A program made the translations under genes and the position numbers. A DNA stretch of 64,000 nucleotides from assembly GCA_051294375.1 (NCBI GenBank), contig CM119264.1, positions 6,965,814 through 7,029,813 of the forward strand, read 5' to 3'. Shown here in pieces: positions 1-64,000 of the stretch; the first letter of the stretch is position 1; every line of letters starts with the position of its first letter. This DNA is from Paraspadella gotoi (Eukaryota > Animalia > Chaetognatha). A model generated the notes under the pieces. It saw nothing but the letters and a program-made list of their open reading frames with translations, searched no databases and was not told the DNA's origin.

Positions 1-425
<425 letters not shown>

Positions 426-450
426 NNNNNNNNNNNNNNNNNNNNNNNNN

Positions 451-1166
451 CGATCATCACAAAAAATAATGGATTCGCAGATATTGATAAGAGTCTAAAT
501 AGCTCTGGAAAAAGAAAAAGAATACCTAAAAAAACCCGAGTTGAAACGGTTGAAGATCTTGAAGAGCATGCCACTGTGGCTAGGAATTCGCATTAAATCT
601 TTAATTCGAAATCTATTTCGAAAATCCAACGGGCTAACCAATCAGGAATCAGCTTGTATACACTGCACCTTTCGGAGATTCATTTGTACTTAAGTAAAGT
701 ATATAAAAAAAAAAGAGAAAGAGCCCTTCTAAAGGATTGTCTTTGTTATTAAGGGTTGTCGATCGCTTCTTTAGAATGGAAAATCCACTTTTCTCTGGGA
801 TGATTGTCGTTTTAAAAAAGGCAAAAGCTAACGGGGAGTGGAAAAGTAGAGAAGAAGCTGGATTTACCTCGCAATTATTTTTTTTCTAAAGATTTAGGTT
901 ATTCGTAACAGAGGCACCTTTAAGAACCACCAAAAGGTCCTGTCCAAAATAGTCTTTAGGGAAAGAATAGACTTTAAATTTTACTTAAAATAATTGTGAA
1001 TAATTTTTAATATTGGTTTTGTAACCAATTTTCATTTATATATGTTAGTTATGTATGAACACAATAGGTGTCCCTCCTACCTTTATTTTTTTTTAGTTGT
1101 TCAGCCCAATAAGGAAAAAAACCCTAAGTGAGACTAAAAAAAAAAAATAAAAAAAAAAAAAAAAAA
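451..1166 (+). mobile_element. Possible 3' remnant of a non-LTR retroelement or other retroposed sequence
   Basis: Microsatellite-free block with decayed coding-like sequence, an AT-rich tail and a ~30-nt A tract containing AATAAA at 1136-1166; no diagnostic motif. Confidence 0.2.
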
Positions 1167-2532
1167 CACTGTCTGTGCTACACAGTTTGGTCAACGAATG
1201 TGGAATAGGGAGGAAAAGGGCATCAAGGGCCGGCACGAAACTCTTCGACTATTGGTATGGAATAAGGAATGTAGGCTACAGTGGCACGATCGACGTTCAA
1301 GTGTTAAAACAAAAAATAGCGAAAGTGTCGAACACACGGTTTATTAAACAAATAGCTAAGAAAGAAAGAGCGAGAAAGAAAGAGAGAGAGGAGAGATGAA
1401 AGAGAGAGAGAAAGAGAGAGAGAGATGAGAGTGTCTTACGACTGCGATCTGTTATCTAAAAATCGCTCAATTTCCGGAACGAACTGAGGACTCCGGGCGA
1501 GGGAGTACCGTCACAGTGTGATTGTTTGACAAGCGGGAGGAAAGTGGACTTAGGAGGCTGGGCCGCACTGAGAGTGGGCGAGGATAAAGAGGGAGAGGGT
1601 GGCGAAGGGCGAGGGATAGAGGGGCGATGGAAGGGTATAAAGAGGAGAAGAGGGAGAGGGCGAGGGACGTGAGGGGAGGGATCATTCAAAAGTCAAAGTC
1701 AGAATCGGAGACCAATCCTATGGAAAAAGATTTTCTTTTTTTCTCGCTTAGAGTACGTACATGTAATGTTGGACAATGAGACAACTTTTGGCTCGAGATA
1801 GTCAATTTGGGACGTCTTTTGAATTTCCAGACGAAGTGTTGAAAAGGAAAGTAAGGATCGCATTAGTTCTAGAGGTTATTCGATCACGCTCACGATCACC
1901 AGTAACCCCATTGTACTTAAAATAATAAAAGAATAATAAATAAGAAAGGATTTCACATAAAGATAAATAAAAAAATGTCTTCTTTCTTCTTCCTATTTTA
2001 TTGTTAGTAAGTAGCATTTTCTTAAAAGAATTTGAATAATAAAAATTATAAATATGGTAATACCAAGTTACCAAATTTCAGTTCATTATTGTTTTTACTA
2101 GACAATTGGGGGAAAAATGTTTCATTGCTTCTTAGGCCATATTTTAATTTAATTTCAGAATAAAATAATGGAAATAAAAACACAATTACATTAATTTCAT
2201 GTCAAGTTTTTCACATAACATTTTTTTTTAATATAACTTTATTGAAATGTTTTTCTAGGCATTTTTATTTAAAAATAAAAATTTAACCAACATGAGAAAA
2301 CAAAAAGCAAATTATAAGAGTTATAAATTTTTAAATCTTCCCCGTTAATAAAAAATTGGTTGTATTTGGTTGTGAAGCGTCTTAGTGCTATTCGAAAACG
2401 GAAGAAGTTTTTTTTTCGTTATCCTGTCTGTTTTGTTCTTGTTTTGTTTCGGGCGGCATGATCGACACCGGAAAATCGGACCCGATAATAGTTGAGAGAG
2501 AGAGGAGAGGAGAGAGAGAGAGATGGAGAGAG

Positions 2533-2564
<32 letters not shown>

Positions 2565-3660
2565 AGAGGCTAAATCCGTTCATAAAAGTGATTGAAGAGA
2601 TGGTTGGAAAGATTTCTTAAATCACTTGGATTATAATTAGTAATTTGTTTAAGAATTATTTCGACCGAGTACTAAAGTTCTACTTAACATTATTTCTACG
2701 TTTTGTCGTGTTGTTTAATATCGATAAGAGATAAGAAGTACAGGGACGAAGGCCGGAAGATATTGAGAGGATTATGAAAAGGGTTTGTTTGTGCGCGTGG
2801 TTTCTTCTTATTGTCTCATAACTTAAGGATCAGAAAGGAGAGGATCAGTTGCGAGGAAGAAGAGAACGGGATTTAGTTTTATGGGAAGAGGAGAGTCGTA
2901 AAAGGGAGGAAGGAGGAAAAGAGAAAAAAGATTGAGGAAGAGGTGCGAGAAAAGTCGAAGAAGGTGACAGAGCGAGTGAGAAAAGAGAGACTGAAGATAT
3001 TGAATGAGAGCTGAATAATAAAAGAAATAAAGCCGAAAACGATTGTCGCAGTTTTGAGAACGACGTAATTCGGGTGCATGACCTACTTTGTTCCTTTTTC
3101 TTTCTCTCGATTAAACAAAAGACTAAAAGGCTTTGAGCGATTTAAGTGTGGGAATGTTTTGTTAGGTCCAGCTTCTCAAAAATTATTATATTAACTTGTA
3201 GGCGTCATTTCTATGTTTGAAGATATAATTGTACTAAATAGTATATCTTAGAAAATATCAGATTTGCAATAAACAATTAGCAGTCGTTTTACTTAGCACC
3301 ATTTAGGTAAATGATTAATTATTCATTGGGAGACGAAGTTTAGTTAAAAGTTATCTTTCATTTTTGATTTAACGAGATTAAAAAAGGCCTTGCTTTTACT
3401 TTTTTTGTTCTGAATTGGTTATTTTACATCTTTTATCACCTTTCTCTTTTGTCATTATTATTTCTTTTTTGAAAACTCCCTTGGCAGCACGTTTTTTTTT
3501 CTTTTCACAGTGAATTCTTATGGAAAGTAAAATCACCGTCGATGTGAGAATCTCTTTTCCTCGGGCTTTTGTTATTATTATCGCCTCGCCGCTCGTCTTC
3601 ATCTGTTCTTGTCTCATAGGAGACTTTATGAACCGCTTTATTGAAAAAGATTTTGAAAGA

Positions 3661-3712
<52 letters not shown>

Positions 3713-4967
3713 GAGAGACGGACGAGAGAGAGAGAGAGAGAGAGAGACGAGAGAGAGAGAGAGAAGAGAGAGATTGTTTTACTCAAGGATGAAGATGTTT
3801 CCGAAATCTCGGGGATGGTAAAAAACCCGAAAACAAATAAGCAAGGAAGACCCAAAACAGAAAGAAAACAAAAAGAAAAAAAAAGGGAAAAAGGTAAACA
3901 GTATGAAGCCGTAGAAAGTTCATACTTAATCAAAAACTATTACTTTTTCACCGAAATGGAGGATATCATGTTAAAAACAGTAGATTGAAATCTCCTTATC
4001 TGCCGGATATAATTTTTTTGTTGTTACACCCCCCGGATGTAATCCGAGCCCATATCTTCAGCATCGACGAGAGAAACAAGACTTTATAGGAGGGGGCAAA
4101 AACCAAGAAATATTTTATATCGGATTCGAACTCTAACCTTCCTGGGGTAATCATTTCGTCTTTCCTCAAAGCTAAAAAGACAAACGTCGGTCCTTCCAAA
4201 TTTTGAGCCCCAGCAATCGGTTCTCTTCTGCAAGGAGAAGGAGGAAAGAGAAAAGTCACGAGGAAAGGAAAAAAAAACACAGTCAGAGGAAAATTCTATG
4301 TTAGAATGTCGGAGAATAAAAAAGAAAGCAGTCCCTTCGAGTTAGTAATGGAGAAGTAGGGACAAGAAAGGAGAGAATGTGGAGGAAAGAAAAGAAAAGG
4401 AAAAAAAAGGAAAGGAAACGAAAAAAGACTGGTAGAGATAAAAGGGAGGGACCAAAAAAAAGGAAGATAAGATGCAGAAGCCGAGTCAAAAAAAAAAACC
4501 AAAAGAATAAAGACAAGAGAAAGGAAATTCAAAAGAAAAGAAAGCAGAGTAAAAATTCTGAGAAGAGAGAAAAGAAGGAGGAAGCCGAAGAAAGGAATGA
4601 AGGAGAGAAGAAAAAGTCAAAGTTTCTGAAATAAATGGGATAAAAAAATATCCTTTCTATAGGAAAACCGAAAAAAAAATGATGAAGGCAGAAAACGCGC
4701 GCTGGCTCAAATAGGGAGAAAAAGAGAATGCTTTGATGAGAATTATGGCAGAGAGAAAAGAAAAATAGAGAAGTTGGCAGAGTTGTGCGAGAGAGTTAGA
4801 GAGGTTGAAAAAAAAGAGAGAAATTAAAAAAAAAAATTTGGTGTGAAAGCAAAGGACAAGAAAATTCCCGTGAAAACAAGGAAAACAAGCGCAGGAAAAC
4901 GCAGATTCATTTATCTCGCCTTCTTTTGTACAAAACAGACGAAAAAAAAAGAAAAAGAATTTGAAAG

Positions 4968-5030
<63 letters not shown>

Positions 5031-5217
5031 GCGAGAGAGAGATCGGCAAGATGAGAGAGACAAGAGACTGGGTATTTGCTCCCGAGGAACTGTATGAGAA
5101 TGGAAACGAGAGAGAGGGAAAAACGAGGACACACTCCAAGGTCAAAAACATTTCTATGCAAGGTTAAAAGAACAAAGAAAGGAAGAAATGAGCGGAGACA
5201 AGCAGAGTTAAGAGAAT

Positions 5218-5250
<33 letters not shown>

Positions 5251-5850
5251 CGACGAGAGAGGAGAGATAAGAAGTTATGTCATGACTTCGCGTTCGGTTT
5301 TAATAAACCGCCAACCATTTGGGCCTTTCATCGGTTTGGAAAGGCAGAGATTAAACAAAAGAAACGTTCGAGGCCGAAGTCGTATCGAGGGCCGATAGAG
5401 AATTGGGGATTTGGAGCGTTCCACTCAGAAAATTTGCACGGACAAAACCAACAAGATATCAGGACAAACAGAACACTGATTGCTGAATATAGATTCGTTT
5501 ATATTCTTTGTCATTTAAAAACGATTACGTGTTGCTTTTATAGAAACTAATATTTTTCATTCTTCGCGTAAGAATTCCGTTGGACATACTAGTTATTGGA
5601 AACGAACCATTCAGATTCTTTTCCCGTTACAATATCTACAAACTATAATTTTTAACATATTCAAATAATAGGCTTTCAATGTCATATATTACTTGACATT
5701 AATCAATTAATTGACACGGAAAACAGTCGGGGAAACACCTTTTTTTCACCAAATAAAAAAAAATGCGGTAGCAAAAATTATTTGTAAGCCCCTCGATTGT
5801 TAACATAAACTTCCGATCACCTTACCCTCCCACTTGTCCTTACCCCGCAG

Positions 5851-54957
<49,107 letters not shown>

Positions 54958-56687
54958 GTAGGCGATAGTGGATGTGATAGAGTTAGTGGTTGTGACATTG
55001 TTTTTATTACGATCCATTTCACAGACATAATTAGCGTTCGTCATGCGTAGGTACGCAGAGATTTCAACATGAAATCAAAGTGGATTTTATTCTCAGAAAA
55101 ATTGGCATTGTTCCCGCAAGGCTCCTGAGACTTTGAAGGTGTGGAAGTCCAGGTCGCGGTCAATGCTACCGCCTTCGCTTTCAGTGGAGTTTCCGGGCGC
55201 TGCTGGCGCTGCTGGCGCCGCCTTTCTCCTAACGGCAAAGTCCATCTTCTTGAATGGTAACGTGGTTGCGGTGATCAAGGCTCGCTTTTTCTTTTTTAGA
55301 CAGAGATTTCAACATGAAACCAAAGTGGATTTTATTCTCAGAAAAGTCACAAGCAAAGACGGTGTCAGAATTTGAGGCAGATGGATAATACAATAATACA
55401 ATACAATACAATACAATACAATCCAGTATTTATAGAATACAATCGGATCGGGTTCGTTTCCCGATGGCATGAAGCCTCTCTTCTCATTGGTCCGTTTCAA
55501 TGATGATTCATCCAATCAGAGAGACCTCGGCGGATTTCATCCGAGTCACGGATCCGATTCCATTCTTGGTTCGGATTCCATCTACGATGCGTAATACGTT
55601 TAACTTTCATAAATTTCCCTTTTTCTCCCACTGCTCCTTTTCACGAAGAAACTACGATAGAGTGACTTACTTGGCTGCGTTTGCTGCGTGGCTTGGTCGA
55701 CAGCGGCGGCGGAAACAGCGACGTCGTCGTCCTCGTTGAGCGAGGTCTATGACCCTTGAATTGACGTCGGTGGTCTCGTACGATGTCGTCAAATGTAATT
55801 AGGGCGACGATTTTTCATTTTCACACGTCATTCGTGCTGAAAGGCGTAAATTACGTTAATTAAGTATCTCTCATTTTATTCGGAATCTGTCAATTTCCCA
55901 AGCATTAATTGTCAACGTTCTCGCATTGTGGAGGACGAAGCTGCGAAGGTTCACCGACCGTTTGATACACGTGTCAGAACTTCGGATCTGACTGTACTAG
56001 TTCCGCCGATACGGGTGGGTCAAACGTTCCGTCCCGCTTACTTGTATTAAACAACTTTTACTTTGAATCAACATGACGCGAACCCGAATCATTTACGTTG
56101 AGAAATGCGAAATACCAAATGGTTTCCTTCTGATTTTAGGACGAATATTGGGGTATGAATTGTAACAACTACAACTTTGTCTTTTCCTCTTTCTTGAATC
56201 TGTCGTATCCTTAGTATCTTTAAAGCTTTCGAATTATCATCGTGTTCGCTTCCATCTGAGTCGGCACATCTTTCGATTTATGTCGTCGACATCCGTTTCG
56301 TCTATTTTTTCCGGCGGATTTTTCTGGCGGATTTTTCTTTTTTCATCCGCCCTTTGTGCCGATTTCCGGGATTTCTTTTCATTTTCGTCGCTTTTTTGTC
56401 GAAATCGCGAATGTGCGATTCAATTTGATACAGATTTTGGATTCAATTTTTTTTCTTATATTGTTGATTTTGGATTTTCTGATTTATATATATATATATA
56501 TATATATTTTTAGAGTTGTCTATTTTTCTACTTTTCAGTCGTTTTATTAAATATCAAAGGTCGAAAATACAAATAAATTTGAGCGCGAAAATCCGTGATT
56601 TTCATTCTCGATTTAAGTCAAAGTCGATTCTTCGTCGTTGAAAATCGAGCGGAAAGAAAAAGAGATTTGATTCCACTCGTTTGAGTC

Positions 56688-56783
<96 letters not shown>

Positions 56784-56995
56784 GTTGAGGTCTTTGGAAA
56801 ACTAGATTCCTTCTTTGTTTACCTCTCGCTAGTAATATAACATCTCGATTCTACCCCAATTTCCCCCCCACCTTAGTACACCTTGAATTACCGTAAATCT
56901 TGTTGACAATTACGAGTCGCCAACTCTGCACGTGATTAGAGAATCTCAATCCCTTTTTCTCCTCCGACTTTATCTCCTCGTTCTCTCTCTCTCTA

Positions 56996-57044
<49 letters not shown>

Positions 57045-57428
57045 CTCTCTCCCTCTCTCTCTCTCTCCTTTTCCAAGTCGCAAAGTAAGAAAGTGAATGG
57101 GGAACAATAAGAATCTACTTAATTGCTTGATAAATGGAACGGCCGAGATAATCTTTCCGAGGAGAAACTTGAAGGGGAATAATAAGAAAGAAATCAGTTG
57201 AGCCGAGTTTAAGCTTTTTCGCAACTCAAACCCGAGGCGAGCGAGATCTTTATGCATAAGGAGAGATTAAAAAGGGAGATAAGAGGAGAGACTCTTAGAG
57301 GGATTGTTTAGAAAGGAATGGGAGGAAGATAGAAGGAAAGAAAGAGAGATTGGAGAAAAGAATGAAAGAAGGGTAAAAAAGTTAAAAAGGAAAGAGATAA
57401 TGTAAGAAAGAAAGAAAGAAACAAAGAC

Positions 57429-57507
<79 letters not shown>

Positions 57508-57889
57508 AAAAAAGAAAGTAAGTTAGAAACTGGAAAAAAGTTCAGAAACTAATGAAAACAGAGACGAAACCGTCAAAAAAAACTGAACGACAAAACCGAT
57601 GATGATCGTACGAAGTTTTGAGTTAAAAAAAAAGAAGTGAAAAACATGAAAAACTCAAATTTAAAAAAAGAAAGAAAGAAAAATAGAAAAAAGTCGAAAA
57701 CCGAAAAAGAAAAAAAATCAGGCGAATCTCTTCTTCAAAAAACCGAAACTTTTTTTTTCGGGGACGAAATTTCGTCAAAAAAATCTCTTTTCAAAATTTT
57801 TATTTCTCAAATCATTCGCGCCTGGACGACTCTTTGAAATTTTTTACCAAAAAAGTCATTACAGTTTTCTCTCCTCTCTCTCTCTCTCG

Positions 57890-57980
<91 letters not shown>

Positions 57981-58997
57981 CTCTCTTTCACACTCGACAT
58001 TTTGTTCCCAAAAACATTTCATTTCATCAAAAGGGTTTTTTTTTCCAAATGGCATCGGTTGCTCGGCCTCCATTTACGCTGATGTTTTCCTCCCATATTT
58101 TTCATTTTTTCTTGAATGAATTTCAATAAATATTACGAATAAGTACCGAGTTCTTTTAGCGCGACAAAGAACCGCTTTTTGGCCTTTGGTCCAAGATTCT
58201 ACTATTGCCGTTGGTCCCTTATAGTTAAACCCGGAAAACATTTCGTGACACAATCACTGCACATTAAAAATATCTGTGACAATACACTACAATATAGATC
58301 TCATACGAAACCGAAAAGTAATACTTGTCCCCATAAAATAGCATTTCACTCAATTTATTCTACTTAAAAACAAGAAAAAAGTAAATGTCAATTTCGAAAC
58401 TATTTTGTTTTCTCATTTCTCGTCACAGCAGTTTAAAAATCCCTAATTCACCGCATGACGTTTATAAATTTTAAATCACTTGGATTTCACGATGCATATA
58501 AAACTGGATTTAATCGCTCTAGTGTCTGCTAATTTAAACATCATCGTAAAACTTCCCTCAATTAATTATGAATTTTTCTCTTCCCACGTAGTACTTCCTT
58601 TTTCCTCTTCCTCAGATTGCTCTTCCTCTTTCCTTCGGCATTTCACAGTCGGACGGAGATCAGAGATTCCCTATGCTTTAAGTTTAAATAAGTTAATAGT
58701 ATATCATATATAATTCATCACAGAATTAATGTCAACGGTTGCGATATTGCGAGGGTCGCAAACTGATTCGAAATCCCATTTTTTTTGTCTCTTATCTCTT
58801 CACTCCAATTTCTTCTCCATCTCACATCTGTCCTCTTCCTCTTCCTCCTGCTCTTCCTCCTTCCATTTGAAATTCACTGCAAATTCCGCCATATTTATTG
58901 CAGTCGGCGTCTTAATGGAAAATGTACATGGAGTTCAACTCGGCGAGTAGATTCAAGATGAGGAGGTGGGGGACTAATTCAAAGAGATAAGAAGTGA

Positions 58998-59063
<66 letters not shown>

Positions 59064-59080
59064 AGAGAGAGAGAGAGAGA

Positions 59081-59133
<53 letters not shown>

Positions 59134-59407
59134 GGTTGTGAAATCACGTAAACATTGAAACTAAGATTTTGAAGTTTGATTTCTAAATTCTAAAAGATCT
59201 GTTTAATTCTCCTGATTTAATTTTTACCTTTCTTCCCCCTGGATGAAGATTTATACCTTATCTCATCTTTCCCAAACACTTTTTCTTATTTCTATTTTTA
59301 TTATAACTCACTCTCTTTTCCTCTTTCTTTCCGAATTCCCCAATAATTCTTCACCACATACTTCACCACTCTTAGCACTCCACTTCCAGATCCCACCTCT
59401 CTCTCTC

Positions 59408-59438
<31 letters not shown>

Positions 59439-59480
59439 TCTTTCTCTCTCTCCACTTCTCTCTCTCTCTCTGCCGATTAG

Positions 59481-59647
59481 GCGGATCTGGGCGTCGCTGT
59501 CTTCTGCTCCTCGAAATGAAAACAGGAGAACAATCTCGCGAAAACCCGTCGGACCCCGGGGGATCGGAAAGAGGGGAGTGGGCAGTGGGGTTGCGGAGAA
59601 ATGGAGGGGAAAGCCAGTGAGGGGAAGCCTAAGGTTTGAGGAACAGG
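59481..59647 (+). other. Possible isolated exon of an unidentified gene
   Basis: Pyrimidine tract + ttag acceptor and cag/gtaaac donor; one frame open (RIWASLSSAPRNENRR...LRFEEQ). Confidence 0.25.
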
Positions 59648-62600
59648 TAAACCCTTTGATTTTAGGTGGTAGGATTGTTAAAACCAATTTGTTGTACTAA
59701 GGCTGCAACGAAAAAGTGAAAAAAAGAAGTGATGTTTTAACGACGCACGTGGCAATCAAAAAAAAAAAACAGTTTCGTCTGCTTCAAGTCAAGAAGAGAT
59801 ATGGGGAAGACTTAAAAGAGAAATTGATTCAAAGGGAAGACCTTAGGATAGGATCGGGTTTTAAATTTAGCAGTCTAGAATGAAGAGGAAAAACAAAAAA
59901 GAAAACCAATACATAAAGGAAAGGTTAATTAAGTAAAAAAAAATAAACGGTAAATGTATATATGGATATTATCCGGTGAGAAATTGAAAAGAAGAAACGA
60001 GAGCTTAAAGAGTAAGAATAAATTGTTGAAAGAAAGACAAGTCTAAAAATCCGTCTTCTTCCTCCCATTCTTACTCCTCTTCCTCCCTTCCACTTCCTCC
60101 TCTTCCTCCCTTCCCCTTCCTCTTCCTCCCTTCCCCTTCCTCTTCCTCTTCCTCCCCGGTCTGGAATCGCGAATGGATGCCATCCCTCAAATCTTGTCAC
60201 GCGCCCGCGGGCCCCCGACCGTAATAAAGCTTTCCCCTTCTATTATTGTCGACCATGACTCTTTCCATATTTTTTTTTTCATTTCTCCCCCCCCCTTTGC
60301 AACGTGTCCTCCTTTTCCGCTCCCTCTGGCGCCTCCCAACACGAAATGGGATATATCGCGCGTTATTATTATTGTTATTATTATTTTATTTTATTTCACG
60401 AGGCCGAAAGTTATATCGTCGTCGTTTTTGTCCGGACGGTTTCCTTTTGTGACTTTCAATTTCACGTTTTTCGTTTCTTCAGGTTTATCTTTCTTTCTTT
60501 TCTTTTTTTTTTAGCTCAGATTATTTTTTAACTTTTGGTGGGCGAAGCCGGAAAATGGCGGCGTCGCATTGGAGGAAAGAAAAACGTCGCCGGGAAATGC
60601 GACACCTTGAAGAAGCGGCGCTGGCTAGTGCGGCGCCGGTGGAGAAACGTGGCGGACAATGGTGGGCGTCAGAATGTGAATTGGTGGTAGTGGGTAGTAT
60701 TGATGGTGGAATAAGGACGTAATGTGAGTGTGACTTGGTGTCGTTAGAAGAAAAGATGAGTCAATAGCAATCCTGACATTCCGCCACTTCATAGAGCGTC
60801 CGGGGAATAATGCAGTTTAAAATAAATAATAAAACTTCAATCCTTTTTTTTATCAGTCAGCACATTATTTAATATTTATATCTAAGCCAAAGAAATATTT
60901 ATTTTCGTAACTACGTACGTACGTGAAGAGAATTCCTTTGTCATAAAATCTTTAATATTCTCTTCAAACAGACAAAGTTTCCGTTTCATTTCTCACTTCA
61001 GCCTAATCTATTCAGACTTATTCTCCCTAAAAAAAAAGTCCAATAAAATCCAGAGACGTTCCTCGTAACACATTCTATTTGGAGTTTGAAGTTTTTTTCT
61101 CGTTGTTGGTGCAGATGTTGAGTTTTTTTTCGAGGTAAATGGTTTACGAATTCATGACCCGCTTCGAATCTAATAGACTCGAATTTCCCTTTCTCGAATT
61201 TAGTCTGATTTTCGCCGTACGATTATTTCCAAGTTATTTTAAACAAATATGTTTCGTACCTCGAAGACGGATCCACGCGGACGTAAAGAGGCGCGGTTAC
61301 CCTCTGAGCCAAAAGCCCAAACCTTATTGCCATCTTCTGTCTTTCGCTTCCAGATGCGACGCGGAAAAAAAAAAAGAGAAAGAATTTAATCGAAATCGAA
61401 GCGGAAAAGAAAAAAATGGCATCTGCTTCCTGTCCTTGCTTTTCATCTTTCTCTTTTGCCGTTTTCATTCCTCGCTTTGATTAATATTTAAATACTTTTT
61501 AGTAGTCCGTATTTGCGATATTGAACCGGTTTGTTCTTGTTTTTATCTCGAGTTACACAATTCTAGTCTAGTTTTTTTTTCTTCTTTTCTCCTCATCCCT
61601 ATTTGCCTTTTGTCAATCGCCCTTTGTTTTTTATTTTCCCAGATGTCGCTTCTCTTTTTCATTTCTCTCAGAGACGTTGGATTTCCTTCCCCCCCCCCCT
61701 AATCGTTGTTTATCGGTTTCGCAAGGATGTATTTCGTTTCGATGTGTTTGTTTTCGTCCATCGTAATCGTCGTTTGAGACGAAATAAACTGTGCAAAGAA
61801 GAGAAGAGAAGAGGAACAAGAGAAATGGAGCTTTTTGTCTATCAATTAATGACGACGATGACGACGATGACGACGACGACGACGAAGATGAGGTTGACAA
61901 ACACACATGCATCGCGAGTAAGTTGTAGTTTTCTAAGTTTTCCCCGTCTGGGGTTATTTGCGTATCGCGACGACAGAAGTAACGGAGTTGTCATGATAAG
62001 ACTGATAAACTTTAAAAAGATATAAATATAAATATTTAAATATATCCGTAAATAGGCCTCGCGCCGATAAAGATGACACCGCGTGAGTCGAAAATGACGA
62101 GAAAAGAAGACGCCTCCTTTTTTGTAAATTAACTGCGACGAGGGACACTACGAGTTTGTGAACGACGACAAAGAAGACGACTACGACGACGATGCCGTTA
62201 CCAAAAATAAACAGAAGGGGTTGTCATTTCGCGCGGCCTCCGTCAGGGGGCGAGACTAATGAGCCTCGTTTTCAGAACAACTGAGCGGCATAACAAAAGA
62301 CGGAGAGAGGGAGGGTCGAGCGGTGCCGACGGCGGCGGCGGAAGCGGCAGCGGCGGCGGCGGCGTCGTCGGCGGCGTCGGCGGCGGCGACGACGACTGCG
62401 GTGAAAACGACCCCACATCCATCGATGTGTCTGCGGGCGCCTTACACTGATTTATGGATTTGCGCCGGGTCATGACATGACAACGACGACGACGACGACG
62501 ACGATGAATGAGAGGAAATGGAAGACAAAGACGCCATCGATGATGATGATGATGATGATGAAGATGATGATGATGATAATTATGATGATAATAATTAGGA

Positions 62601-64000
62601 ATCATGAGGAAGCGTGTGTACGATAGAAAAAAAAATATCAAATAATTTTAAAATCTATAGAAAATATTTGAATCCAGTGAGATTTGTTAAACTTTGATGT
62701 GATTTGATGAGATTACATAACATTGATTTCATTGACAGAAATGAAGATTTTGGAGAACGAATATGTCGATTCCATGTCGCTCGTTCGTAACATGTCATAC
62801 TTCACTGTTCACAGAGACGAAGAGAAAAGGGAATCAATATTGCCTAAAGTCTTCGTAACGTGATCGTCTTTTGAAGTCACCCGGTATTGTCGCGCCGACG
62901 TCATTGTCTGATTTCGATTGTCTGAGCAATTCGCAATTCGCAATTCGCAATTCGCAAAGAAGAAAAGAGGATCAGAAGGGATCAGTAATAGAGATTAGGA
63001 AAAAAAAAAAAGAATAATTACTGATGATAGGAAGGGCTTCCAAATTTGTCTGAGCCAAATGTTATCAAGCGCAAAGTGGATTGGATTCCTTTCTCTCTCC
63101 CCGGTTTTTCTCCTCCCAGAAGAAGTCTTTCGCGAAAAGAGAAAAGAGCAACTTTGAAAGAAAAAAGGCGAGCGAGGCCCGGCCGTAAAAAGATCAAAGG
63201 AATCTGTAAAGGCTGCTTGAGGGAAAAAAAACGTGTTTAAGAGGTATTTTTAAGCAAAGTCACGCAAAATGGCGGACGGGAAAATCCCTTTTTTGGCGCC
63301 GTAAAAATCCAGAGCTGAGAAATAAGGGTCGTCGTTATTCGTCGTTGTCGTTGTCGTCGTTTTCGTCGTCATTTTTTATGTCAAATTTGTTATTTTCGAG
63401 ACTCGATCGGTTTTAATTTTCATCACATTTTTTAGTCTTAATCATCGTCAACACTAAGTCATTATAGTTTTACTTTTTCTTTTGTCACCGTTGTCTCACT
63501 CTCCCCCTTTTTTTCTCTCTTCCGAACAATATATTTTAGCGTAGTTTTTTTCTCAACTCAATCCGGCGACAGACTATGTACTTTCAACTTTTCATTTTCC
63601 GCTTTCTGCCCTTTTCAGTAGTTACTATTTTTATCCTTCCTTCTTTTTGACTTTGCCCTTTATGTGTTCGCTTCTTCGACTTCGAATATCGATTTCTCCA
63701 AACCTTTTTCCTGTCTTTCGTTCTCTCTCAATCAAGTAATTCCTAAATTAGAAAACTGAATCGAAAGATATGAGCAAAAATCTGAACTGCTACAATATGG
63801 AAATTACATTGAGGAACTATTATCTCAAATGAACTCGAATCTGATCCATGTTTCTCCTCATTTCTATGACAACTCTCTTCACCTAAGATTCTTTTTCTCT
63901 TTTCTGATGTTTTCTCCTTTTTCTCTCTCTCTCTCTCTCTTTCTCTCTCGCTCTGGAATTCTCATCGTCTCGAGAGTGCGCCTGCTTCCCCTCATCCTTT

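Noticed and set aside
3505-5398. ORFs rich in ERERER / LSLSLS / KKERKK, here and throughout the window
   Set aside because: They are translations of (AG)n and (AAAG)n microsatellites, which lack stops in most frames.
55671-56130. Minus-strand exons ending at gtaagt/gtaagc donors
   Set aside because: No continuous open frame from the candidate acceptors and no recognisable motif.

Overview
This is eukaryotic (invertebrate-type) genomic DNA from a gappy, error-prone assembly. It is AT-rich, shows no obvious CpG depletion, and is saturated with (AG)n, (AAAG)n, (ACG)n and (GGC)n microsatellites, so almost every ORF in the six-frame track is a repeat artefact. Reading for splice sites instead reveals one large + strand multi-exon gene (~5.85-54.96 kb, 5' end not found). 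It encodes a type-I membrane immunoglobulin-superfamily protein with about four Ig-like domains, a transmembrane helix split over two exons, and a cytoplasmic tail with Tyr motifs, a Pro-rich exon and a possible PDZ-type C-terminus. Most exon junctions are phase-compatible. The introns contain a Tc1-type transposon, two hAT-like elements (one with a nested fold-back MITE), minisatellites and possible antisense nested exons. An ~8-12 kb block occurs twice, and the two copies differ by reciprocal transposon presence/absence, a microhomology deletion at the Tc1 site and a VNTR copy number, so they are probably two haplotypes. There are three fold-back inverted duplications, one with an exon in its loop. 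All of these redundancies abut gaps of exactly 25 N, so long-read gap-filling artefact is the leading explanation until raw reads are checked.
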